Shown here in pieces: positions 21,026 through 30,393 of a stretch of DNA of 64,000 nt (position 1 is its first letter; the number at the start of each line of letters is the position of its first letter). Source of the stretch: Thermoplasmata archaeon (GTDB lineage: Archaea > Thermoplasmatota > Thermoplasmata > Lutacidiplasmatales > JAMCUS01); the NCBI GenBank assembly GCA_049966015.1, contig JBMFVL010000001.1, forward strand, positions 6,000-69,999, in the 5' to 3' direction. The translations under genes were made by a program, and so were the position numbers. Below the pieces are notes generated by a model, which was not told the origin of the DNA, searched no databases, and saw only the letters and a list, made by a program, of their open reading frames with translations.

Positions 21026-22012
21026 TTAATCTATACCCAATTTTATTTCTTTAAGGATTTTATTAACTTCACTAGGCAAGAGGTTATTTTTCATAGCATT
21101 TATAGACAAGTTAATACCCTTCAACACTCCTGAAAAAAAGGAGGAATTGTTTGAATCTTTTTTAATTGCGCTTTTTAATTTAAAATATTCAATTTGGGTC
21201 ATTTTTAATAAAAGTTTGCTTCTGTTTATTGGATAGACTCTGTTGAATATATAAGGGCTTAATCCTTCCTCTATTCCAGTATAGTAATAATTACCTCTGC
21301 TCAATGATTTTCTCTGTATATGTTTTACCATTGCACCTTTGAAATGTACACTTGAAAAATTTTTTTGATTTGCGTACAATGCTAACCTCTCTTCATATCT
21401 TAAACCGTTCAATGTAATTTCTTCAAGTAAAAAATTTTTTATAGCTTCTTTTTTTAGGCTCATATTTACACCTGCAATGGATATTGTTTGAATGATAACA
21501 CTTTCCTTTTTTTTATAGTAGGGATTTTTTACCACCATACCAGCAGAGGATATGTAGTCTTCATATTCAAGCATTATTGGGTTCAATGGAGGGTAATCAA
21601 CAAAGGTATCGATGAAAGATAAAATAGAACCATTTTTTCTTTTTACATTGTATGGAGGGGATACATCGCCGCTAGCTATTCCAACATTAGGATTATTTTG
21701 ATGTAAATTAACATGATCCTCAATAGCATTATCTGTAAGTATGGCATCTGCATCTGTATTTATGAGCAGATCCCCTTTAAAGTTCATTAATATAAGATTC
21801 ATTGCACGTTCAATATTCCCATAGTCTTGGTGAATAAGTTCTATATCCATTTTTTTGGAATATTCGTCTATTATTGGCAGTACATCCTCACTGGAATGCT
21901 TATAAACAATAAGTAATTTGAAATCTCTGTATCTTTGTTTAGCTAGGGATGATAAAGTGAGTCCTAATGTATCTTTGTCTTTGTAGACAGGAAGAGAAAC
22001 TGTTACATTCAT
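21026..22012 (-). CDS. Family 2 glycosyltransferase
   Basis: GT2-like N-terminus (VSLPVYKDKD ... D-rich motif INTDADAIL). Confidence 0.5.
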   Translation of the reverse strand: MNVTVSLPVYKDKDTLGLTLSSLAKQRYRDFKLLIVYKHSSEDVLPIIDEYSKKMDIELIHQDYGNIERAMNLILMNFKGDLLINTDADAILTDNAIEDHVNLHQNNPNVGIASGDVSPPYNVKRKNGSILSFIDTFVDYPPLNPIMLEYEDYISSAGMVVKNPYYKKKESVIIQTISIAGVNMSLKKEAIKNFLLEEITLNGLRYEERLALYANQKNFSSVHFKGAMVKHIQRKSLSRGNYYYTGIEEGLSPYIFNRVYPINRSKLLLKMTQIEYFKLKSAIKKDSNNSSFFSGVLKGINLSINAMKNNLLPSEVNKILKEIKLGID

Positions 22013-22032
22013 GATTAATCGATATTAAATGT

Positions 22033-22566
22033 TTAAATTTCAACGTTACCTTTAGATATTATCCAGTCACACCATAAGTCAGGTGGATGTTTGGATGGAG
22101 GGCATACAACCTCTTTAACAACTAAAGAAGGGTCTATCTCTTTAGCAAAGGATTGCAGATAACCTTTCCTTACAAAAACACACGGAAATTCACCTAAATT
22201 TTTCTTTATCCTTGTAGTTTGAATCCTACAGTTGTAGTTTTTTATTTCTACGTAATTGTCATTGTATATTATGTCTTTATTTTCCATGTATAAAAACCAA
22301 CCAGTCAGTTTCATGGCATTATAAAAATCTTTTAATGCATTGCCTGATGGCTCTATGTGTTTTTTTAGCCTTTTTCCTTCTAGTGCACCCATAATAGACC
22401 ATACTTCTTTGTCAATTTCAGTTGCGGATTCATTTCCGAATCTTTTTTCTATACCTAAAAAATATAACCCATCTACCCCCCATAAAGAAATCACATTTTC
22501 CAATAATATGGAAATTATTTTTTCCTTGGGCATGCTCATAAGGGTTTCTTTGTCTTTTTCATCCAT
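22033..22566 (-). CDS. Hypothetical protein (177 aa)
   Basis: Clean ORF with no recognisable motifs. Confidence 0.35.
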   Translation of the reverse strand: MDEKDKETLMSMPKEKIISILLENVISLWGVDGLYFLGIEKRFGNESATEIDKEVWSIMGALEGKRLKKHIEPSGNALKDFYNAMKLTGWFLYMENKDIIYNDNYVEIKNYNCRIQTTRIKKNLGEFPCVFVRKGYLQSFAKEIDPSLVVKEVVCPPSKHPPDLWCDWIISKGNVEI

Positions 22567-22650
22567 GTATTGAGTATTGCATTATAATATTTCTTTTTTT
22601 TTAATTGTTTATCGACAATTTTTATGTTTTTAAAGAACAAAAAAGATTTA

Positions 22651-22797
22651 TGGGAGCACTGGGAATTGAACCCAGGTCGGCGGGTAACTTCTTAGGGGAT
22701 CGATGCTCCAATTAATCATCATTTTTATTCAGATTACCCAAGTTTCTTCTTTTCCCCATAACTGGAGCCCGCTAGGATACCTCTACCCCATGCTCCC
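22651..22797 (-). tRNA. tRNA-Trp (anticodon CCA) with a 76-nt intron in the anticodon loop
   Basis: Minus-strand cloverleaf: acceptor GGGAGCA/TGCTCCC, anticodon stem GCGGG/CCCGC with loop CUCCAG[intron]A, T-arm CTGGG-TTCAATT-CCCAG. The intron (37/38 position) contains AUGAUGA and CUGA motifs. Confidence 0.75.
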
Positions 22798-22908
22798 ATG
22801 CACGTACATATTTTTGTATTGATATTTATAATTTTTTTATAAAATGGGCATAAACGAATCAAAACCAAAAAAATATATTGATATATTAGATATCATGTGT
22901 TGATTCTT

Positions 22909-23154
22909 ATGATGTTTGAAGTTACTATTAGTCTTAAAAAAGGTATATTTGATCCAGAAGGATATAACACTTTGAAAACCCTTAATATGCTTAACATAAA
23001 TGTAAAAAATGTATCTACTGCTAAGGTTTTTAGATTTGATGTTGACTCTAAAAATGAAAAAGATGGATATAATATAGTTAAATCAGCAGTTGATTCTTTG
23101 CTTGTAAACCCTGTTCTTCATGAGTATACCATAAAAAAGGTTGACGGACAATAG
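22909..23154 (+). CDS. purS: Phosphoribosylformylglycinamidine synthase subunit PurS
   Basis: About 80-aa PurS-like ferredoxin-fold protein (FEVTISLKKGIFDPEG ... VLHEY). Confidence 0.65.
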   Translation: MMFEVTISLKKGIFDPEGYNTLKTLNMLNINVKNVSTAKVFRFDVDSKNEKDGYNIVKSAVDSLLVNPVLHEYTIKKVDGQ

Positions 23155-23190
23155 ATAAATTTAAATTTAAAAGTTGCATAGTCCTAACTG

Positions 23191-23412
23191 ATGAAAAGTT
23201 ATTTGTTAATCAATTTCAATAGTGAAGGTGCTACTCCCTCCGAGATAATAAACAGATTGGTCACTTTGGGATTTAAGCCTATTACAGGTAATTACGATTT
23301 TGAGTATTCGTGGAAACGTGAGCCCTCTACAGATGAGGCAATAGAACTTGCAGACAAAGTTCATGAAATTTTGAAAGGGTATAATGTTATTTACAAAATG
23401 GAAACTATATAG
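23191..23412 (+). CDS. Small hypothetical protein (73 aa)
   Basis: ORF in operon position after purS; no motif. Confidence 0.3.
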   Translation: MKSYLLINFNSEGATPSEIINRLVTLGFKPITGNYDFEYSWKREPSTDEAIELADKVHEILKGYNVIYKMETI

Positions 23413-23515
23413 ATACTGTAGATTGTAATTAGCATTTTTGATTTTATACTTGTAGCTGTGTTTTAGATCGCTTTTTCTATTGGTTATTTATTTTTCGCTT
23501 TTAGACAAAAACACC

Positions 23516-23530
23516 TATTTTAAATAAAAT
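23516..23530 (+). promoter_or_regulatory. Putative BRE/TATA box for polB
   Basis: TATTTAAATAAAAT lies about 40 bp upstream of the polB ATG. Confidence 0.3.
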
Positions 23531-23567
23531 AGATATATCAAAAAAAACATAATAAAGTGGGATTAAA

Positions 23568-26165
23568 ATGAACGATGAAAAATATCGGGTTTGCCTTATT
23601 TCTGGAACATATAAAAGCAATAATGATGGCCCGGTAGTAGAATTATACGGTAGAACTGATACAGGCAAATCCATATTAATAAAATGCAGTAACTTCATTC
23701 CCTATTTTTATGTTGATTATGTCTTAGGTAAAGATTTTTTTGATAATCTTAAGCATGATAAAATAAGATATGTTGATCCAGAGTACATAGAATTAGGTAT
23801 CGAGGATAAAACAAGAAAATATGCACGCATAAATGCAAAAGAACCATATGACGTACCAGAATTAAGAAATTTTTTCATTAATGAAATTAAAAATAGGGGA
23901 TATTCTGTTGATAAATACACTATTTTAGCGGCGGATATACCTTTTTATCATCGCTTTATGTATGACCTTGATTTATCTCTGTTCGTTGAAGTAAAAGGCA
24001 AATTACTGGAAGATAAAAGCCATAATGTGGATATAGTTATCGGATTGGATGTTCCCAGTAGAATAGATAAAATAGAAACTTTAGATAACCTAAACATTAA
24101 AACATGTGAACCGTTTCCAGTTGATTTAACATATTTATCTTTTGATATAGAGAACAGCATTAAAACAGGGCATATATATGTTATTGGGCTGACAATATGG
24201 AGTAAAAAAAGTGGATTTAAAAAGGATAGTATAGCCATAAAAGATGTAGACTTTAATGACGGCAAACAATTAGACAATGCAGAAAAAGAACTTTTAAATG
24301 ATTTTGTAAGAAAAATTAAGGAAATAGACCCGGATATAATTACAGGGTATAACATAGGGGGATATGACATTCCATACCTCCAGCAAAGATGTGAAAAGCA
24401 TTCTATCCCATTGCTGATAGGCAGGGATAATTCAGCATTACGTTCTATAAAAAATTCAGAAAGAATGTGGTCTGTTTATGGCAGGGTATTTATAGATGCA
24501 TGGTGGGAAGCTAAAATTGAGTATAGGCCCAAGCAGGAAACATTGGACTATGTAGCTAAAAATTATCTGGGTGAAGGATTTAAAAAAATGGACGTGGCTA
24601 GACTAGAAATAGATAAGGAATGGTTGAAAGATAAGGCCAAAGTTATAGAATATTGTATTAATGATTCATATCTAGCACTTGAAATTTTGAAAAAAATTAG
24701 AGTAGTAGAAAAAGGAATAGATATGGGCATTGTATCTAAACTAGTGCTCGATGATGCTATTAATGGAAGAACTTCCTTGTTTATAGATTCTATACTTATA
24801 CGTGAAGCAGATAGAAATCATGTAGGAGTTCCCCTTAATACATATAATGTCCAGGATAGTGAGCAGATTATAGGGGGATATGTCCATGATATGGTACCCG
24901 GCTTATTCAAGTGGATTGTGGTTTTAGATTTTAAATCAATGTATCCAAGTATAATTATTTCTAAAAATATTTGCTTTACAACATTGAGTGCTAATGGGGA
25001 AATAGAAAGCCCCAATGGTATTAGATTTTTATCTAAAGATAAAAAGGTTGGACTTATACCTAAAATACTTACCCAGTTAATGACAGAAAGGGATTTTCAC
25101 AAAAGAATAGTGAGTGAATTGGATGACAAAATAAAAGTAGAAACAGATCCAGTAAAAATAGAGGCGTTAAGGGAGGACAAGGTATATCATGATGGTCTTC
25201 AAGGTGCTATAAAAATTTTAATGAATTCTTTTTATGGTGTATTTGCATCTTCTTTTTACAGGTTTACAGATAAAAAGATAGGTAATAGCATAACGGCTTT
25301 TGCAAGAGTACAGATAAAGAGTGTTATTGAACATATTCAAAGTGACGGATATGAAGTAATATATTCAGACACGGATAGTGTATTTATAAATACTGGAAAA
25401 AACAATTTAAATGATGCATTAGAAGTAGGCAAAAAATTTTCTTCTACATTTAGTAAGGAAGGAGTTCATTTAGACTTACAATACGTAATAGAAAGTTTTT
25501 TTAGCCATGGCAAAAAAAAGAGATATGTGGGTAGAGTAGTATGGAAAGATGGCAAAAGAATAAGGGATAAGAATGGTAAAGAATCCTATGAACTTATTGT
25601 AAGAGGATACGAAATGAGAAGATCTGATTCATTCGATTACCAAAGCTATGCATTGCAGGAAATTTTTAACGTTATTTTGAATGGTGAAACAAATCGTATA
25701 GTTGAAAAAGCAAGGCAACTTGTTAATGATGTGAGAGCAGGTAAAGTACCGGTAGAAAAATTGATTATATCAAAAGCAGTCAGGGAAGACCTAGATAGTT
25801 ATAAAGAAAAAGAAATGCCTTCATTAATAGTTTACAATAAATTAAAAGATATGGGTCATGTAGTAATACCTGGAATGAAAGTATCATGGATTGTTATAGA
25901 TGCTTCTAAAACACCCCAAAAAGTAGAACCCTACATTGATAATGTTCCTTTTGCATATAAGCCAGATTACGAATACTATGCCAAAAGAGTTGCGCAAACA
26001 ATTGCGAGGGCTACGGAGTATTTCAAATGTACAGAGGAAATCATTCTCAGAGGTACTAACCAATATACCTTCGATTTAGCCAATGATAAAAAGGATAAGG
26101 AGGAATCTCCGAGTAAAACACCAGAAAAGGTAAGAAAGACCAATAATTTGTATGATTATTTTTGA
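23568..26165 (+). CDS. polB: Family B DNA polymerase
   Basis: Exonuclease motifs (FDIE), polymerase motif A region, YSDTDS (motif C) and KKRY. 865 aa with no intein. Confidence 0.9.
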   Translation: MNDEKYRVCLISGTYKSNNDGPVVELYGRTDTGKSILIKCSNFIPYFYVDYVLGKDFFDNLKHDKIRYVDPEYIELGIEDKTRKYARINAKEPYDVPELRNFFINEIKNRGYSVDKYTILAADIPFYHRFMYDLDLSLFVEVKGKLLEDKSHNVDIVIGLDVPSRIDKIETLDNLNIKTCEPFPVDLTYLSFDIENSIKTGHIYVIGLTIWSKKSGFKKDSIAIKDVDFNDGKQLDNAEKELLNDFVRKIKEIDPDIITGYNIGGYDIPYLQQRCEKHSIPLLIGRDNSALRSIKNSERMWSVYGRVFIDAWWEAKIEYRPKQETLDYVAKNYLGEGFKKMDVARLEIDKEWLKDKAKVIEYCINDSYLALEILKKIRVVEKGIDMGIVSKLVLDDAINGRTSLFIDSILIREADRNHVGVPLNTYNVQDSEQIIGGYVHDMVPGLFKWIVVLDFKSMYPSIIISKNICFTTLSANGEIESPNGIRFLSKDKKVGLIPKILTQLMTERDFHKRIVSELDDKIKVETDPVKIEALREDKVYHDGLQGAIKILMNSFYGVFASSFYRFTDKKIGNSITAFARVQIKSVIEHIQSDGYEVIYSDTDSVFINTGKNNLNDALEVGKKFSSTFSKEGVHLDLQYVIESFFSHGKKKRYVGRVVWKDGKRIRDKNGKESYELIVRGYEMRRSDSFDYQSYALQEIFNVILNGETNRIVEKARQLVNDVRAGKVPVEKLIISKAVREDLDSYKEKEMPSLIVYNKLKDMGHVVIPGMKVSWIVIDASKTPQKVEPYIDNVPFAYKPDYEYYAKRVAQTIARATEYFKCTEEIILRGTNQYTFDLANDKKDKEESPSKTPEKVRKTNNLYDYF

Positions 26166-26209
26166 AATCATGCAAAGTTTTTAATAATGCAGTCAATTAA
26201 CAGATATTA

Positions 26210-27115
26210 ATGGTTTCGTTAAAAGCTAAAGTGGGCAATATTGAATTCAGAAATCCCTTTTTGTTAGCTTCTGGGGTATTGGACGAAACATATTATTCCA
26301 TGAAACGTGCATGGGATAATGAGGTAGGTGCAGTAGTAACAAAATCTATAAGCATAAATCCTTCGTATGGATATTCAGGGCCGAATATTTATGTTGGTAG
26401 AGGATTTGTATTAAATGCAATGGGGTTGCCTAATCCTGGAATTGAATTTTTCGAAACTGAATTGGAAAGATTGAAAAAAGAGAAGATACAGGTTATAGGG
26501 AGTATTTTTGGTTCTAAAGTAGAAGATTTTGTTTATTTAGCTAAAAAAGTGGCTAAACATTGTGATGCAGTTGAATTGAATTTAAGTTGCCCCCATGTAA
26601 AAGGTGTTGGTTCTGAAATAGGTTCAGATCCAGATATGGTTTATGAAATAGTTAAAGGTATTAAAAGTGAGGTTTCTATACCTGTTTGGGCTAAATTGAC
26701 TCCAAACATAGATAACATTGTAAAACTAGGAATGGCTGCCCAGGACGGTGGTGCTGATGGTGTAGTTGCTATAAACACTGTAAGGGCCATGCATATAGAC
26801 ATAAAAATGAAAAAACCAACACTTTTTAACAAGATCGGGGGTTTAAGTGGACCTGCTATTAAGCCTGTAGGCATTGCCTCTGTATACCTTCTGAAGAAAA
26901 ACCTACATATTCCAGTTGTAGGAGTTGGTGGAATTGAATCAATAGAGGATGTTTTAGAATATATTATGGCAGGAGCTTCAGCTGTACAGATTGGGTCAGC
27001 CATTGTTAACAAAGGGCTTGGGATTTTCCATTCACTGTCAGAGGATTTGTACATATATTTAGAAGATAACGGTTACAATGATATTTCATCACTTGTAGGT
27101 ATTGCACAGGATTGA
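26210..27115 (+). CDS. pyrD: Dihydroorotate dehydrogenase, catalytic subunit (class 1B)
   Basis: DHOD family TIM-barrel motifs (NAMGLPNPG, ELNLSCPH, GGIESIED). Confidence 0.85.
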   Translation: MVSLKAKVGNIEFRNPFLLASGVLDETYYSMKRAWDNEVGAVVTKSISINPSYGYSGPNIYVGRGFVLNAMGLPNPGIEFFETELERLKKEKIQVIGSIFGSKVEDFVYLAKKVAKHCDAVELNLSCPHVKGVGSEIGSDPDMVYEIVKGIKSEVSIPVWAKLTPNIDNIVKLGMAAQDGGADGVVAINTVRAMHIDIKMKKPTLFNKIGGLSGPAIKPVGIASVYLLKKNLHIPVVGVGGIESIEDVLEYIMAGASAVQIGSAIVNKGLGIFHSLSEDLYIYLEDNGYNDISSLVGIAQD

Positions 27116-27894
27116 TTTTTATGTATTACATAACTAAAGTTGAGGAGGTAATAAAAGAAGGGGAAGGGTTGACAACTATTAGATTTAGGTTACCTTTTAC
27201 CGCGTATCCCGGTCAATTTGTAATGGTATGGTTACCTGATGTGGATTCTGTACCGATGTCACTTTCTTATCTGGGGGATTTAAAAGGGATAACATCAAAA
27301 AGGATTGGAGAGGCAACGAGAAAAATAGAGAGCCTTAAGATAGGGGATATTATAGGAATAGATGGCCCCTTGGGCAATCATTTTAAATTAAGGGGTAAAA
27401 AAATATTGGTTATTGCCGGTGGAAGCGGTATTGCCTCTTTAATTACATTGGTTGAGTACGCCAAATCTTTGGGAAAAGAGGTTCATGTCATTTTTGGAAC
27501 TAAGACAAAAAGTGAGATCGTATTTGAAGAACGCATAAAAAACAATTCAGATGGGTATATTATTACTACAGATGACGGCAGTTACGGTAAGAAAGGAACT
27601 ACAATAGATGCATTATTTGAAATATTGGATCAGGGTTTCGATGAAATAATAACATGTGGACCAGAAGTGATGATGAAAAGGCTTTTTGAAATAAGCATAG
27701 AGAATAATATTTTATTCCAAGCAGCCGTTGAAAGGGTAATGAAATGTGGACATGGTATTTGTGATTCATGTAATTTTGGTGGTTTTCTTGTTTGCAAAGA
27801 TGGCCCTGTTTTTAATGAGAAGGATTTAATAAGCAATGAAGAATTTGGAAAATCCCGTTTGGATCGCTCTGGAAAGAGAATATTTTTAAGATGA
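27112..27894 (+). CDS. pyrK: Dihydroorotate dehydrogenase electron-transfer subunit
   Basis: FNR-like fold with a C-terminal 2Fe-2S cysteine cluster (CGHGICDSCNFGGFLVCKDG); overlaps pyrD by 4 bp. Confidence 0.8.
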   Translation: MIFMYYITKVEEVIKEGEGLTTIRFRLPFTAYPGQFVMVWLPDVDSVPMSLSYLGDLKGITSKRIGEATRKIESLKIGDIIGIDGPLGNHFKLRGKKILVIAGGSGIASLITLVEYAKSLGKEVHVIFGTKTKSEIVFEERIKNNSDGYIITTDDGSYGKKGTTIDALFEILDQGFDEIITCGPEVMMKRLFEISIENNILFQAAVERVMKCGHGICDSCNFGGFLVCKDGPVFNEKDLISNEEFGKSRLDRSGKRIFLR

Positions 27895-27973
27895 AACATA
27901 TAAAATATATACTAATACAAAAACAATAAATTTCAAAATTAATTTTAAATACTGGTTATATATTATTGATATT

Positions 27974-28699
27974 ATGCCAACAAAATACAATGTAAAATTG
28001 ATAGAAAAAATTCAAGCAGGGGACTCAATATATATATTGCGATTTGAAAGAGGTAATGGGTGGGATTTTGATTATCAACCAGGCCAGTTTGTGACTGCAT
28101 ATATTCCCAGAGAAGAAAAAGACAAACCTATGCTTATGAGGTCATATTCTATTGCCTCCTCTCCTTCCAACAAAAAGTTTTTTGAATTGTGCGTGAAGAA
28201 AGTGGAAGGGGGACCGGGTTCTACATATTTATGTACCAGGGAAGTGGGGGATATCGTTGAGTTTACTGCCCCTCTTGGAAAATTTACAATGAAAAATACA
28301 CCTAATAAGCATATGTTTATGGTAGCTACCGGAACAGGAATTGCTCCCTTCAAGTCAATGATAGAGTATATTTATGAGACCAATTCTATGCCTGGTAAAG
28401 AGATATGGTTGTTCTTCGGTGCTAGAACCCAGAAAGACCTTGTTTATAAGGAGTTATTTGAAAATTTAGCTTCTAAACATAAAAATTTCCATTACATTCC
28501 TTCATTGAGCAGGGAAGGTATGGATACTGGGTGGAAAGGAGAAAGAGGGCATATAGAAATTGCACTAGAAAAGCATTTAACTGAACCTAAAAATACAGAT
28601 ATATACATCTGTGGTCTGCCTTACATGGTAAATGAAACAATAGAACTTGGTGAAAAGAAAGGGGTACCTAAAGAGTTCATATTTACAGAAAGGTATTAA
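27974..28699 (+). CDS. FNR-family FAD/NAD(P)-binding oxidoreductase (standalone)
   Basis: Flavin-binding RSYSIAS motif and the GTGIAP NAD(P) motif. No Fe-S cysteine cluster. Confidence 0.6.
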   Translation: MPTKYNVKLIEKIQAGDSIYILRFERGNGWDFDYQPGQFVTAYIPREEKDKPMLMRSYSIASSPSNKKFFELCVKKVEGGPGSTYLCTREVGDIVEFTAPLGKFTMKNTPNKHMFMVATGTGIAPFKSMIEYIYETNSMPGKEIWLFFGARTQKDLVYKELFENLASKHKNFHYIPSLSREGMDTGWKGERGHIEIALEKHLTEPKNTDIYICGLPYMVNETIELGEKKGVPKEFIFTERY

Positions 28700-29034
28700 A
28701 TGCCTAGCATTCTCCTAGCTTCATCCGACATTTTATCGGGTGTCCATGGGGGATCCCAAACCAATTCTACTAAAACTTCTTTAACTCCTTTTATTTGCAT
28801 TAATTCGTTTTTGACTTCTTCAGATAACATATCTGCTAGAGGGCACCCTATTGCAGTTAATGTCATTTTAATTTCAACAACACCATCGTTGGAGATATTT
28901 AAATCGTATATTAACCCAAGATCAACGATATTAACTGGTATTTCTGGATCATAACATTTTTTAAGAGCGTTTATAATATCGTCTTTCTTTACAACAGTAT
29001 CTTTATTATCTTTGACATTATCATTACTTTTCAT
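28696..29034 (-). CDS. DUF59/MIP18-family Fe-S assembly protein
   Basis: 112-aa protein with the conserved TLTAIGCPLADML motif. Confidence 0.65.
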   Translation of the reverse strand: MKSNDNVKDNKDTVVKKDDIINALKKCYDPEIPVNIVDLGLIYDLNISNDGVVEIKMTLTAIGCPLADMLSEEVKNELMQIKGVKEVLVELVWDPPWTPDKMSDEARRMLGI

Positions 29035-29113
29035 TATTCATACACCTATAGATGTATTAGCAATAAGGATATATATTGTATTCTACAAAATTTCAAATTT
29101 CAATTATGTAAAT

Positions 29114-29121
29114 TTTATATA
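29114..29121 (+). promoter_or_regulatory. Putative TATA box for the riboswitch-thiamine transporter operon
   Basis: TTTATATA lies about 25 bp upstream of the first conserved riboswitch nucleotides. Confidence 0.3.
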
Positions 29122-29142
29122 CTTTTAAAATATGTTATGTTT

Positions 29143-29262
29143 AGGTTGGGGGAGCCTTCAAACAAGGCTGAGAGGATCGTGTGAATCGACCCCTATACAC
29201 CTGATCCAGGTAATGCTGGCGTAGGGAAACCCTTGTGTATGGTATACCCCTCCTGGGGATAA
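29143..29262 (+). promoter_or_regulatory. TPP (THI-box) riboswitch
   Basis: Conserved TPP aptamer elements in order: GGGGAGCC ... CTGAGAGG ... ACCCC ... ACCTGATCCAGGTAATGCTGGCGTAGGGAAACCC. The 3' segment CCCCTCCTGGGG lies just upstream of the ATG and could occlude the RBS. Confidence 0.8.
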
Positions 29263-29268
29263 TAAAAA

Positions 29269-30393
29269 ATGGATAAGATTGGTAAAAATTGGAAGTTTAA
29301 GATTTTAGTTGTTGTGGCTATTGTGGTATTAGCGACGGTATTTTATGAAGGATACGTGCTTTATGTACAAAATCAAAAGAGTTCTGAACCTACACTTGTG
29401 ATATACACATATGGATCGCTGTTCAAATACGGTGCCAATCCAAATGAAACAATGAATATCGTTTTCGGTACATTTGAAAAGAAATACCATGTAAATATAG
29501 AGATAGAATACCTGAATAACATTCTCCAGACTTTAGAATCCCAAAAATCGAATCCTCAGGCAGACCTTGTAATTGGTTTAAGTAATGTAGAGGCACCAAC
29601 AGCAATTGAGAATGGGTTATTGGATCCGTATAACTATACTAACGATATTCCTTCCTTTTTGATCAATGGCCTTAGCAGCACCCACTACCTTACACCATAT
29701 GAATATTCATATTTAGCAATTGACTATACCATGTCCTTTTATAACCAGACCAATGGAAATGTTAGCCATTCTAATTTTTTGAATTTCTTAAACAGTACAT
29801 GGGCAAAAAATTTAATTTTAGAATCTCCGTTGACAGATACAACAGGCACAAATTTTTTGATATGGCAGATCGCTTTCTATGAATATGTACTTCACGACAA
29901 TAATTGGATTAGCTGGTGGAAAAGCATAAAGAATTATGCACTGATTGAAAGTGACTGGAGTACTGCCTTTAACCTTTTTACCACAAGTAATAATCCCCAA
30001 CAGCTCGTAGCCAGTTATTCTACTGACCCAGCTTATGAAATATACAACAACGGTGCGATGAACGGTACATTTAGCTATAACAGCACATTGTCTTATTATA
30101 ACAATACATATTACGGTTGGGATACTATATTCGGTATAGGAATAGTGCATGGTTCCACCCATTTGCTTTTGGACCAGGAATTTATCAACTGGTTTTTAAG
30201 CGGAACTGTACAATCTCAAATTCCTTTAAATGAATGGGCATACCCTGCAAATAATACAGTTATGTTACCTCCTGCATATAAATATGCCGTGAATCCCTCT
30301 AATGTTGTTCCTTTAAACAATTACCTTACACAACAACAAATATATTCAAACATGACATCGTGGTTAGAACAATGGCAATTAGCAATGAGTTGA
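29269..30393 (+). CDS. ABC transporter substrate-binding protein (thiamine/TbpA-like), membrane-anchored
   Basis: N-terminal TM anchor plus periplasmic-binding fold. First gene after the TPP riboswitch, followed by a permease and an ATPase. Confidence 0.6.
   Translation: MDKIGKNWKFKILVVVAIVVLATVFYEGYVLYVQNQKSSEPTLVIYTYGSLFKYGANPNETMNIVFGTFEKKYHVNIEIEYLNNILQTLESQKSNPQADLVIGLSNVEAPTAIENGLLDPYNYTNDIPSFLINGLSSTHYLTPYEYSYLAIDYTMSFYNQTNGNVSHSNFLNFLNSTWAKNLILESPLTDTTGTNFLIWQIAFYEYVLHDNNWISWWKSIKNYALIESDWSTAFNLFTTSNNPQQLVASYSTDPAYEIYNNGAMNGTFSYNSTLSYYNNTYYGWDTIFGIGIVHGSTHLLLDQEFINWFLSGTVQSQIPLNEWAYPANNTVMLPPAYKYAVNPSNVVPLNNYLTQQQIYSNMTSWLEQWQLAMS

Noticed and set aside
23501-23698. 65-aa minus-strand ORF overlapping the polB start
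   Set aside because: It overlaps the promoter and 5' end of the strongly supported polB, with low-complexity translation.
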